A program made the position numbers and the translations under genes. A stretch of DNA of 63,566 nt, counting the filler, from Corallochytrium limacisporum Hawaii (lineage: Eukaryota > Protista > Pluriformea), in NCBI GenBank assembly GCA_002811645.1. It is 5 parts of 5 records of this genome, joined end to end, with 100 filler letters (N's around TTAATTAATTAA, not from the genome) between each part and the next. Parts side by side here need not be neighbours in the genome. Positions count along the whole stretch, not along the records: positions 7,893 to 26,222 come from PDIP01000013.1; positions 26,323 to 36,264 come from PDIP01000057.1; 3 more parts are not named here. One strand, written 5' to 3'. Within the stretch, counting starts at the first letter, position 1. The number at the start of each line of letters is the position of its first letter. Shown here in pieces: positions 24,392 through 34,798 of the stretch. A model generated the notes under the pieces. That model saw only the letters and a list, made by a program, of their open reading frames with translations, had not been told where the DNA came from and searched no databases.

Positions 24392-25861
24392 ATGTCGGCT
24401 GATATTGTGAACCAAAGCCCGTCTATGGAGCCGTGCGTGGAGCATGAGGCTGTTTCCCCAGTGTCCTTTGCAAGCAGCCCGCAAGCCTCTTCACCGTCCC
24501 ACGACGGTGCAAACAGCCCTGAGGTTAGGGAAGCGACCATGCGATCCACAAACAAAGTGACCGCTGGTGCTCATGAGCCGTTCCAGCAGCTGCGCCAAAA
24601 TTTGCTCGAGTGGCGTTTCCCGGGAGGCTACGAGGAGGCTCTTAAGGTACTTCACGAACGGATTGACCCAATTCTTCACCAGAGCGAGTACAAACGCACA
24701 ACCCTACAGGTGGCCCACAGACGCAATGTCAGGCGAAAGCCCGTGCTAGTCATGTACGAATCGGACGACGAAAGTAGCGGCGATGGCGGTCATGCCGTTG
24801 TGCGGATTGCGGTAGATGGTCTGCTGACCGTGGACATTTGCTGGTACGCGGCAAACGTGAACGAGGAGGAAGACTTCCGTCTCCAGAACACGGACCCGAA
24901 CGAAGCGACAACAGATGTAAGCACCGGAGCAAGGTTGTCGGGCAAGATTTACGCATCGATGCAGGACTTCATGGTCGAGCGGGAGGAACAGCAAGGACAA
25001 AAGGAAGAGCCCGACGGGAAGAATGGGGAACAGCACGGGCACTACGAATACACTCTGGCCCGGCGTCTGCCCATGCTCCGGCGCGGATCTCGCATCGCAC
25101 GCTACGTACCGACAGTAAACAACCTGTTGGTCGAGTATGACTTTGATCAGACCGTTTTTGAGCAACAAAGCCCGTTCCAACATGTCCGTATCATGCATTC
25201 GAACCAGTACGGCAATATGCTACTCCTAGACGGTGATCCCAATCTCGCCGAGGCCGACAAGGCATACAGTCATGCCATCACGGGTAACGGCCGCATCGAC
25301 TTTGACGGCAAAACGGTACTGATTCTTGGAGGAGGTGACGGTGGCATCCTAAAAATCCTGCGCGAGGACTACAAGTGTGACCAGATCATCATGATTGATA
25401 TCGATGAAGTGGTGGTCAATGCCGCACGCAAGCATCTCCGGGGCATCTGTGGGGATGCCATGGACAATCTGAAGGGCGAAAACTATGAGGTCATCATCGG
25501 AGACTGTTTTGAATACCTCACACGCTACCAAGAGGAGGGAGTTAAGTTTGATGTCATTATCAATGACCTCACAGCCTGCCCTATCAATCCGAACGGTAAG
25601 GGTGAACTCTGGCAGTTTGTCACACGCGCACTGGAGCAAAGTATCGCTTGTCTACACCCAAATCACGGCGTCTACTTCACTCAGGGCAACTCTGTCAACG
25701 CTGTGAAGGCTCTTCAGGTCTTTGAGGGCGAACTCGACCGTCTCCGCTCGGTCACTGCCCCTGCCTCCGATCTGACGTTTAGCCGCGAGACAGTGTGTGT
25801 ACCATCGTATCAGGAAATGTGGGTCTTCTACGAGATTCGCTTGACTGCGCAGCGCTGCTGA
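24392..25861 (+). CDS. SMS: Spermine synthase, animal-type (N-terminal extension + aminopropyltransferase)
   Basis: RLPMLRRG...RY.PT...LVEYD, SPFQ, GNMLLLDGDPNLAE, VLILGGGDGGIL, INDLT, VCVPSY.EMWVFY closely follow metazoan SMS as recalled. Confidence 0.92.
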   Translation: MSADIVNQSPSMEPCVEHEAVSPVSFASSPQASSPSHDGANSPEVREATMRSTNKVTAGAHEPFQQLRQNLLEWRFPGGYEEALKVLHERIDPILHQSEYKRTTLQVAHRRNVRRKPVLVMYESDDESSGDGGHAVVRIAVDGLLTVDICWYAANVNEEEDFRLQNTDPNEATTDVSTGARLSGKIYASMQDFMVEREEQQGQKEEPDGKNGEQHGHYEYTLARRLPMLRRGSRIARYVPTVNNLLVEYDFDQTVFEQQSPFQHVRIMHSNQYGNMLLLDGDPNLAEADKAYSHAITGNGRIDFDGKTVLILGGGDGGILKILREDYKCDQIIMIDIDEVVVNAARKHLRGICGDAMDNLKGENYEVIIGDCFEYLTRYQEEGVKFDVIINDLTACPINPNGKGELWQFVTRALEQSIACLHPNHGVYFTQGNSVNAVKALQVFEGELDRLRSVTAPASDLTFSRETVCVPSYQEMWVFYEIRLTAQRC

Positions 25862-26222
25862 AAAGTAGAAATTGGAAACCATGGGCCGAGAAAATGGGAT
25901 CTAGACTCTCATGCTATGTCGGACGATGCGATCTCGAGACACCCCCTTGGCTGGTGTCATCGCGCAACAGTACCTCGGAGGGTCCCATTTGAAGTGCCCG
26001 GCCTCCAATTATTTTCTTCATTGTTACTCCTATACTCCTGTCACTATAAGCAAGTCAGTATATACGTATTTCCACCTTTATTGCCTAAAATATGTATATG
26101 TTTACAATAGTCAGTATATCAATATCAACGTCTATGGCCCCAACCATCCCGGGGCTGGGTGGGTTCCTTTGGTTCGGAACTGAAAATTTTCCTGGTGCCT
26201 CCCCAGCCCCCCAGCCCCCCCC

Positions 26223-26322
26223 NNNNNNNNNNNNNNNNNNNNNNNNNNNNNNNNNNNNNNNNNNNNTTAATTAATTAANNNNNNNNNNNNNNNNNNNNNN
26301 NNNNNNNNNNNNNNNNNNNNNN
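26223..26322. other. Artificial contig linker
   Basis: Same 100-bp format. Confidence 0.97.
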
Positions 26323-27079
26323 GGGGGGGGGCGGGGAGGACGGGTGGAGTAATTTCCGAGATTTCCTTCGGCGTATCGCTCTGGAATGCAACACTCACAC
26401 ACAATCGCTCGTTCGGTCCATTTACTATGAACGTATGCGTGAGCCGTTCAGGTCAAGGGGGGTTCCAATTAACAAGGACCCGCCCCGGGAGGACCTGAAA
26501 TGATGCCATAATCGATCGATGATGTGTACCTTCCACAACCGGCCCGCATACACGCACACACAAACGGCCAAGGACCAAAAAGACAGATAGAAAGAGTCGG
26601 GGTGGTTTTTGCCCCCTCCCCCATCTCCCTCTCTCCTCCTTCCTTGCCCCCCTCTCTCTCTCTCTCTCACTGTCGATCTCTCCGATGCTGCGATTTCACC
26701 GACCTCCTTCCCAAAATAACAACCAACTCCGCAGTGTGTTTCAAACTTTTTTTCCGGAAGGAGAAAGAACAAAAAAAAAAAGAAAAGAAATGGCAGGGAA
26801 GGAAAAGCAACCGATCCCGCCGCCTCTCAAGTTTCCCTTGGTCGGCGGTGCACAAGGGCCGGGGTTGTGATTTTCTGATTGGGGAGTTTTTTGCATATTT
26901 TTTTTGGGGGGGGGGGTTGGGGAGGAGGAGGAGGAGAGTTTACATTTTCTGTGGCTTTTTATTCGTGCTTTGGTTTCGATTCGGATCGAGTTTTCCTTTC
27001 TCCCTCCCATTCCGGGTGGGTGTTTCTCTCTTATATAACTTCCTTGGATTTTGAATTTCTTCCAAATGGGCCCCCAAAG

Positions 27080-27117
<38 letters not shown>
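27080..27117. repeat. (CT)n microsatellite
   Basis: Direct reading. Confidence 0.9.
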
Positions 27118-27121
<4 letters not shown>

Positions 27122-28579
27122 TGTGATGAAAAGCAGCCAGCTGCGCGGGGAAGGGTGAAGGTCTGGGCCCTTTGTATTCGGTAGTGAATATCAAAGTCTG
27201 GCCCCCGGTTGGAGATTGGGATGGTAGATTTCAGTTGCTAACAGTCCCAAGGGTTGGGGGCCCAGTACCGGTCAAATATTTGATTTCAACGGTGGCCAAA
27301 TTTCCGTATTCATAATCAAAATAAATCAAATCCATTGAAGAGGACTTGGCGCGTTTACTAGGTATTGTGTTGACTTGATTGCTGAAATCAGACACCCGGG
27401 GAGAACAAGGCCTGGGACTCTGGGTATGGGTATATGAGCGGTGTGGACCGGGACAGTCGACGCGCTTGGGAGGAGAAGAGGGGGGGGGAGTTTGACGATG
27501 AGGCGAAGGTTTTGTGGGGAGGGGAACTAAAACCCGGAACCATTGTTAGAGAGAGGGGGGGGCTGTCCCGGCCCAGAGCCGCCGGACGAGAGAAGAGAGA
27601 GCTGGGAAGGTTTACAAGGCCGTTCGTAAATTTGTCGGCACCCGGTGTGTTTGTCCCCAGAGCATAGAGTTTGTATAGAGCTACCCAAAAACCTGGGCCA
27701 AAAGAAAAAGGAGGGGGGGGGAGGTTTAGACGATTACGAATGTGTGAGTCTCCGGCACAAAAGCACAAATACTCCAGTGGGTGGTGGCTGAGGCCGTGGT
27801 GGGTGAAAAAAGCCAAAATAAGTTCCAGGGGAGAGCGAGGGCAGGCAGTCAGGCAGGCTGGCGGTGTGTTGTGGTGTGCGTGCATGCATGCGTGCGTGTG
27901 TGTGTGTTTTTTATTTCCTAACCCTTCTCCTTTTTGGCGTTCTCCCGGTCTCACCTGTGAATGATCACCCCGCTGGGTATGCGGAGGGATTAAAGAATTG
28001 ATAAAGAATTTGCAAAAAAAATGCCATTGGTTCATTATACATCGCGCCCGATCAGTTCTTCCATGGGATGCCAAAGCGGGAGAAAGGAGAGGACAGCGGC
28101 GGAAAAGTGAGACAGGAGCTAAAATATGCGAGTGGTGGCTGGTGGCGCTCTGTGGGTTGTCAGCAGGCCCGCGGGCGTAGTACGGGTCCCTGGTCGTCTG
28201 TCTCGCTTGGGAAGTCGAACGGTAGGCATCGGTTGCGCAGACAATGGGGCTGCTCTAACGCATTATTGTCCTAGTGGTGTGAATAGAGGAATTAAACGAG
28301 TATGGTGATGGTGACGGCAGGCTGAAGTTGTGGTACGGGACAGTGTTGACGCTGTCGGTAGTGCTACTTGAGGGCTGCTGTGAGCAGTGTGCCAAGCTAT
28401 TGCGCCATGTTCCAAGTAGGCCTTTGTATGTTGTCCAGAGATTGCGGACTAGCAACCAAATTCGTATAATGTGGGAACTGTGTCGTAGAAACTAGAATAA
28501 TCTAAATGTAAGTATTTGTGAGGGTGACCCCACGCTCAGGGTTGTGGGCCTTCACAGACTAGCACGATAAGAAAAAGTC

Positions 28580-31348
28580 ATGTTAATCTTAATAGTATTC
28601 CTGGCCCTCATTTTGCTCGTCCATGCAGGAACATCGGGAGCAGCGGGATCGAGTGGCGCACTTGTAAATTACCACGCCGGGCAAGCAGAGAGCGCTTTGC
28701 ACAAAATCAATGGAGAACCAAGTTTCTGGGAGAGTAAAGTCGCGTATATTGCCACTCTGGACGGAAACATTCATGCCATCGACGCCGAATCTGGGGAGAC
28801 ATTATGGACCTTTGAAGGTGACTCATTACTAGAAAATCCGTATGGCAATTACATGCACGAAAGTGAGGACGACAACGGCAAAGTGGCACCTTTGCTCAAC
28901 CTAATTCCGGACCCGCGGGACGGATCACTGTACATACACGATCCTACGGATGGGTTACAAAAGTTCTTTAGCATTCCAGATTTGGTGGCATTGGCACCTT
29001 TTCGAGTCGATGGACGGGTCTACATGGGTACGAAAGCCTCCCGCTTACTGGCCATCAATCAGCACACCGGCAAGCTGGTGCGTGAATACAGTACCTCCAC
29101 AGTACCGGACGAGGACAAGATTGACATCGACCACGATTGTCCGCATGAGGACCTGAATATTATCCATATCGGTCGTGTGGACTATACCTTTTGGGTCAAA
29201 GATGAACGCACAAACCGGCAGATCTGGAACGTAACCTTTAGTCAGTATCAGAGTGCGATGATTGATGCGTTTGACGGAAAGGGTGTGGCCGGGCCATCGA
29301 AGGGAAGCTCTGACTACCATATAGTCTCGGACACGGACGGCATTGTGTATTCCATAGGAGACGGTAGTACTAAGGAACTGACCTGGTCCGTGGACCTCGG
29401 ATCTCCACCGGTGGCCCATTTTGGTAATTCCCACAACACTCTTGAGGAAGTAGCCATCATTCCGACTCTGGACGCAGGTTCTGGAACGCCTGTCAGGCGA
29501 GCAGGATGGCGAGCAGGATGGCGGTCCCGATTTTTCACACGACGCCGGCACGGCCATTCTCAGAAACTCTGGATCCAGCAGAGCAATAATAACTTACTGG
29601 CTCTCAGTTCCTACTACACGGGTCTGCAACCCATCAATAGGCAGGTCCAAGGCCTGATCTCGGAAAGCCGAAGTCACTTGCCGCGGGAAGAGCCGTCCTC
29701 CAATGATGGCGAGTGCAACCGGGACTCGGCACAGTATCCGTTCTGCCTCTACGGAGCTCATGACGTCAAGTCGAGCAGCTGGTCTCTACGCGAGAATAAG
29801 GAGTGGGTCAACTGGCTCTCCTCTGCCACTGGCATCATTACCCTCCTGACCACCGTTGTGGCCGTCTTTGCATCAACATACTATATGATCGGTCGGCGCC
29901 GGAAATCTCTGCCGCAAACGCCAAGCCAGCAGATTCGCGACAATATTACCGAGAAAGTGAACGGTAATCTTGTCTTTATGAACCCGCCGTCGCAGTCGGA
30001 TTTCAGCACGACCTCGTCCCAGGGTGAAAGCGTCAGTAAGACATTCTATACGGAGGCGCCAATGAACAGCGCTTCGTCAGAGTCCCGGAATGATGACTCC
30101 TCTCAGCAACCATTGAATTCTGACTCGCACCATTCCACTGGGACCGTGCGCTCCGTGCCCGAGCGCGGCGCGGCGGAGACACAGTCACCGCAGGTGATTG
30201 AGGTCAGTGATGAACGTATCGGTATTGGCTCCATGGGCACTGTAGTCTACAAGGGAGGCTTTTCCGGTCGCCCCGTGGCCGTCAAGCGTCTACCCAAGGT
30301 CCAGATGGACATTGCGCAGCAGGAGATTGATTCCCTGCTTCGGATTGAGGCGCACACGAATGTGGTCCACTACTACTGCCAAGAGGAGACCGTGGAACAC
30401 ATTTACATTGCCCTCGAGTTGTGTGACCGGTCACTGGAGCAGTATCTGAAACATGGCCTCCAAAATGGTAACTACCCGACCCGCACCGAGATTGTGCGGT
30501 ACCTGCGACACATTGCCAAGGGTTTACAGCATTTGCATGACTGCAAAATTGTGCATCGTGACCTGAAGCCGCACAATGTCTTGCTCCAGGGCGATAGGGC
30601 AAAGATTTCCGACTTTGGTCTCGCACGTCCGCTGGCGGAGGGCCATGAGAGCTTTTACACACAGTGCGGCGGCACCGAGGGCTGGCACGCACCGGAAACT
30701 CTGCGGGACGGTCGAATGACCCGGGCCGTAGATATCTTCAGCATGGGTCTGATCTATTTCTACACCCTAACCGGGTGTCGTCACCCGTACGGAGACTTCC
30801 ATGAGCGACGTGCGAACATTTTCCGCGGCGTTGCGCCCAATATGGATGCCCTCTCCAGCGATCCAACCGCACGGTTGCTGATCCAGGACCTCCTCGTTGA
30901 CGAGGCCACCGCTCGTCCTGACTGCGCCACCGTGCTGGCCCATCCCATGTTCTGGACCAATCGCAAGCAAATGGACTTCCTCACCGAGGTGTCGAACCAA
31001 TTGGAAGGACTGGGCAAGAACCATGAGCTTATCAAGGTCTTTGACGAGTACACGAGTCCTGCCCTTGGCGAGGACTGGCATGCCGCGCTGGAACCCGAAA
31101 TTCTGGCTGACCTGATCGCGCGTCGCGGATACAACAAACAGTCCGGTTTCCATCTCCTCCGTGCCATCCGCAACAAACGAAATCACTACTCTGAACTCAG
31201 TGACGATCTCAAGACCATCTATGGTTCCAAGGACGACGGCTACGTGCGGTACTGGCTGGACCGGTTCCCGTTGTTCCTCACCGACATTTACCGATTCGTT
31301 CAGGATCAGATGGCAGACGATGAGACATTCAGTCCTTACCTTAGCTGA
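28580..31348 (+). CDS. IRE1: IRE1 ER-stress kinase/endoribonuclease
   Basis: Signal peptide; luminal ATLDG.IHA, IPDPRDGSLY; TM; kinase GIGSMGT, VAVKR, HRDLKPHNVL, DFG, GTEGWHAPE; KEN domain LLRAIRNKRNHY. Confidence 0.96.
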   Translation: MLILIVFLALILLVHAGTSGAAGSSGALVNYHAGQAESALHKINGEPSFWESKVAYIATLDGNIHAIDAESGETLWTFEGDSLLENPYGNYMHESEDDNGKVAPLLNLIPDPRDGSLYIHDPTDGLQKFFSIPDLVALAPFRVDGRVYMGTKASRLLAINQHTGKLVREYSTSTVPDEDKIDIDHDCPHEDLNIIHIGRVDYTFWVKDERTNRQIWNVTFSQYQSAMIDAFDGKGVAGPSKGSSDYHIVSDTDGIVYSIGDGSTKELTWSVDLGSPPVAHFGNSHNTLEEVAIIPTLDAGSGTPVRRAGWRAGWRSRFFTRRRHGHSQKLWIQQSNNNLLALSSYYTGLQPINRQVQGLISESRSHLPREEPSSNDGECNRDSAQYPFCLYGAHDVKSSSWSLRENKEWVNWLSSATGIITLLTTVVAVFASTYYMIGRRRKSLPQTPSQQIRDNITEKVNGNLVFMNPPSQSDFSTTSSQGESVSKTFYTEAPMNSASSESRNDDSSQQPLNSDSHHSTGTVRSVPERGAAETQSPQVIEVSDERIGIGSMGTVVYKGGFSGRPVAVKRLPKVQMDIAQQEIDSLLRIEAHTNVVHYYCQEETVEHIYIALELCDRSLEQYLKHGLQNGNYPTRTEIVRYLRHIAKGLQHLHDCKIVHRDLKPHNVLLQGDRAKISDFGLARPLAEGHESFYTQCGGTEGWHAPETLRDGRMTRAVDIFSMGLIYFYTLTGCRHPYGDFHERRANIFRGVAPNMDALSSDPTARLLIQDLLVDEATARPDCATVLAHPMFWTNRKQMDFLTEVSNQLEGLGKNHELIKVFDEYTSPALGEDWHAALEPEILADLIARRGYNKQSGFHLLRAIRNKRNHYSELSDDLKTIYGSKDDGYVRYWLDRFPLFLTDIYRFVQDQMADDETFSPYLS

Positions 31349-31921
31349 GCAGAAACCTCATGATCATCATCAGTACCATATGGTCATGATGTCAAATTAA
31401 AATCAATGAAGCACGTTTTAGTATATATGACTAATTGCCATCTCCCGGGGTGACCCTGATCGGTCTGACGATGTGGCCCAATTTGATTTGGCGCGTTCCA
31501 TCGCCCGTGTGGGGTGTGTACCAAACCCTTCACACACACCCTCCGTCCCCCCCCCATTTTGAGCCCTGGCAGGTACCGGCTTTGGGTCGGACGGGGCACC
31601 CCAATTCCACACATTGTGTACTGAATCACCTCTTTTGCGGCTCGCGTGCGGTTGATCCACCCATTCCTACCCTTACCCTCCCCACTCCCTTTTTTTTTTT
31701 GGTTCTTGTTCTCCGGTGGCTTCATCTTCACACCTTTTTTCAGTATGGCAGATTTTCAGGGCTAATTTTGCTGCTTTTTTTTTCTTTTTACTCTCTCTCT
31801 CTTGTGCCCTGGTCTCTCTTATTTCGTGGCTCCTGAACACAAGTACTGAACCCATCGAACAACCGAAGGCGTATTTGTTGGCAGATACCCCATCCAAGGA
31901 AACCCACTGACCACTCCCCGG

Positions 31922-32061
31922 CACACACTCACTCACTCACTCACACACACTCTCTCTCTCCTCTCTTCTCTTCCCTCTGTGCCTATGTGCGCCTCTGTGC
32001 GCGAGTGTGTGTGTGTCTGTGTGTGTGTGTGTGTGTGTGGTGTTTCGCGGGGTCTCTCCCT

Positions 32062-32100
<39 letters not shown>

Positions 32101-32110
32101 CTTTTGGCCT

Positions 32111-32162
<52 letters not shown>

Positions 32163-32217
32163 CCTCCCCCTTTCTTTCTCCCGCTCAATCTTCCTCTCAG
32201 AAATCTCAAATCTCAAA

Positions 32218-32264
<47 letters not shown>

Positions 32265-32279
32265 CTTTTGGCCTGGTCT
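31922..32279. repeat. Compound CA/GT/CT microsatellite with a duplicated CTGTGTCTTTTGGCCTGGTCT unit
   Basis: The unit follows (CT)n runs at ~32095 and ~32259. Confidence 0.9.
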
Positions 32280-32824
32280 GCGCGCTTGCGGCGAATGCAA
32301 ATTCCTTTCGACGGGCACTTTGGCCTGGGTCCCAATCTGACGGCCAGGAGGATTCCTGGACCAGCTCCGGCTCCAGTACTGAAATAATGAGTGTTTTAAT
32401 GCGAGTTTTTTTTTTGCCGTAGTTTGGGAGGGAGGACGCGATCACACCGGCGGTGTGTAGTGCTGGACCCGCACACGCAGGCACTCTTGGATCGGCCGGT
32501 GCTGTGATGCGGTGCGGCAAAAGTATAGGAAAAGCAAGAAAACGCCGCCCCGCTTTGCTTGGGCGGGGGGGGGTGCTAATGGCGGCAATTTCAAAGGGGT
32601 CCAAAGCCTGGCCTAGCCAGCCAGGAGCCCCGCAGGGAGGGGGGGGGAGGGTAACGACGCCCGAGGACGGGAAGAGGGAGAAAGAGGAAGCCCGGAGACA
32701 AGGAAACAGGCAGCGTAAGGAATTGAATACCGGAGACGCGTGGGTCCTCCCACTTTTTGCGAGTGCGTGCGTGCGTGTGTGTGTGCCTTGGGAGGGGGGT
32801 GGGGAAAGAGGGGGTTGGGTTCTG

Positions 32825-32997
32825 NNNNNNNNNNNNNNNNNNNNNNNNNNNNNNNNNNNNNNNNNNNNNNNNNNNNNNNNNNNNNNNNNNNNNNNNNNNN
32901 NNNNNNNNNNNNNNNNNNNNNNNNNNNNNNNNNNNNNNNNNNNNNNNNNNNNNNNNNNNNNNNNNNNNNNNNNNNNNNNNNNNNNNNNNNNNNNNNN
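32825..32997. other. Scaffold gap with near-duplicated flanks
   Basis: N run; GTGTGCCTTGGGAGGGGGGTGGGG...GGTTGGGTTCTG occurs on both sides. Confidence 0.95.
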
Positions 32998-33426
32998 GTG
33001 TGTGTGCCTTGGGAGGGGGGTGGGGGGAAAGAGGAGGTTGGGTTCTGGCTGCTGCAGTGGCTGTGTGCGGTCGGTGGTGGAGGCACCACAGCCCTTCCCC
33101 CTCCTCCCTCCTCCTCCTCCCTCTTCCCTTCGCGGTTCGTCCTTCCGTCCGCTCACGTTTGGCCGGACGCCGTTTATTGCATCTTGGCCCACCCCAACGC
33201 CCATCCCCGTCACATACGTTTCTTATCGTTTTGGCTTGCCATGAACCTCTCAATTCCAAGAACCGGGTATCTCCAGCTCGGCCTCTGCACCGTGGTTTCA
33301 AGATTATGTCAGGTTTTGGTGGGATTGTGTGAAACCGCGCGCCGGTGGTACGCGGGAGTTTGGGTTTTGGGTACTTGTACAGTGTCGGTTTTGAACTCGA
33401 AGAATTTCTTTTTGGATACCCGGAAG

Positions 33427-33453
33427 GGTAGGGGTAGGGGTAGGGGTAGGGGG
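33427..33453 (+). repeat. (GGGGTA)n G-quadruplex-type repeat
   Basis: GGGTAGGGGTAGGGGTAGGGGTAGGGGG, five G-runs with 2-nt loops. Confidence 0.85.
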
Positions 33454-34798
33454 AGTTGGTGAGAGAGCGAGACCGCACCCCGCGAGCACCAAAAAAAGGG
33501 GAAAAAAAAAAGGAAAACGGGCGCCTGACCTGGTGCCGCTGCTGCTGCTGCAGTAGAAAGGCTGCAGCCAAGGCACTGCTGGGCCCAAGGGAAGACGACC
33601 CCGCACACACACACACACACAGAGAGAGAGAAGTGAGCCGAACAGGAGAAGCGTAGGCCAAAAAGGGGAGGGGGGAAGGGGGAGGGCACAAGGGAACACC
33701 AGAGCAAGGGTTAGCAGATAAAAGAAAAAGATCTGGAGAGAAGCACGGGTGTTTTCATTGGAAAGGCTGAAACAGCGAGAAAGGAGAGAGACAGGGGAGA
33801 GAAGGGGGGAGCAGGCCCACCTCCTCTCCCCCTGCGCCGGGGAAGAGGGGAAGGCGAAGGGTAAAAAAAAAAAAATGAAAATAAGGATAGAGACGTCTCA
33901 CTTGAATTTTTTTCGAAGAGAGAGACCTGTGCGAAGATTGGACCCGCGGTAATAAAGGTGGGTGGGTCGATGTGTGTGTGTGTGAGTTTGGGTGTGCTTG
34001 CCCCGGCCCCCAAAAAGTTCAAGCTCCTTTGTTTCCTTTTTTTTTTGTGTCTCGTTCTCCTCTGACTGCGTGGCAGTGACTTGCCTTGGGACCTTTATTA
34101 ATTCATTTTCTTTTGGGTCGGTTGGACCTCTTGGGTATAATAGCGGCGGTTGCGTGGCGTGCTCTGTCTTACGCTGTTTTGCATCGCTTTCGCGGTTGCG
34201 TACAACGGGCGGACGGCAGTACGTATACTGAAATAGAGGCAAAAAAAAGAGTGTACAGGGCGGACAGGGGAGGGAAAGGGGGAGGAGAGAGGGAGAGAGA
34301 GAGAGGGAGGAGAAGGGCATCACGCACCAAAGCACCCGCGAGCGAAATTGGAAGCAAATGAGAAAAGAAAGGACACAGGGACGGAAGAGTATTAGCCGGA
34401 TACGTGGGTTTCTTTGGTAGATATTCATTCACTGAGTATGGAATGGACAGCAAAGTCGGTCGAGAGGTGTGACGCAATGGGGGGCAGGCATGATCGAAAT
34501 GAGGAGGGGGATCGATGGGTGCGTGCATACTGCGTCTGCGCCTGTTGAAGGTGCATTCGGATCATCCTGACTGGGCACGAGAGCAGTGATTGCTTTGCTG
34601 CAATTCCTCCAAAACGGTGAATACGTAAATTGTCATTACAGTCATGAGCCGATAATTCAGGGCAATTCCCTGTATGTTCAGGGATCCCACTGAACAGCAA
34701 AGCTAGTTCAAGAGTGTAGTGAGAGTGTGCTACATAAATTCAGGTTTATTTGACACTGTTCTTTATTGCGGTCATTCAGGTCAGATAAATTTCCAACT

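Noticed and set aside
32776-33046. Direct repeat on both sides of the N gap
   Set aside because: Differs mainly in G-run lengths; most likely an unmerged contig overlap.
31937-33707. Many long ORFs through microsatellites and Ns (also at 26.5-28.0 kb, 58.4-59.7 kb, 61.7-62.3 kb)
   Set aside because: Low-complexity translations (SLSL, ERER, HTHT, X runs) caused by stop-poor repeats.
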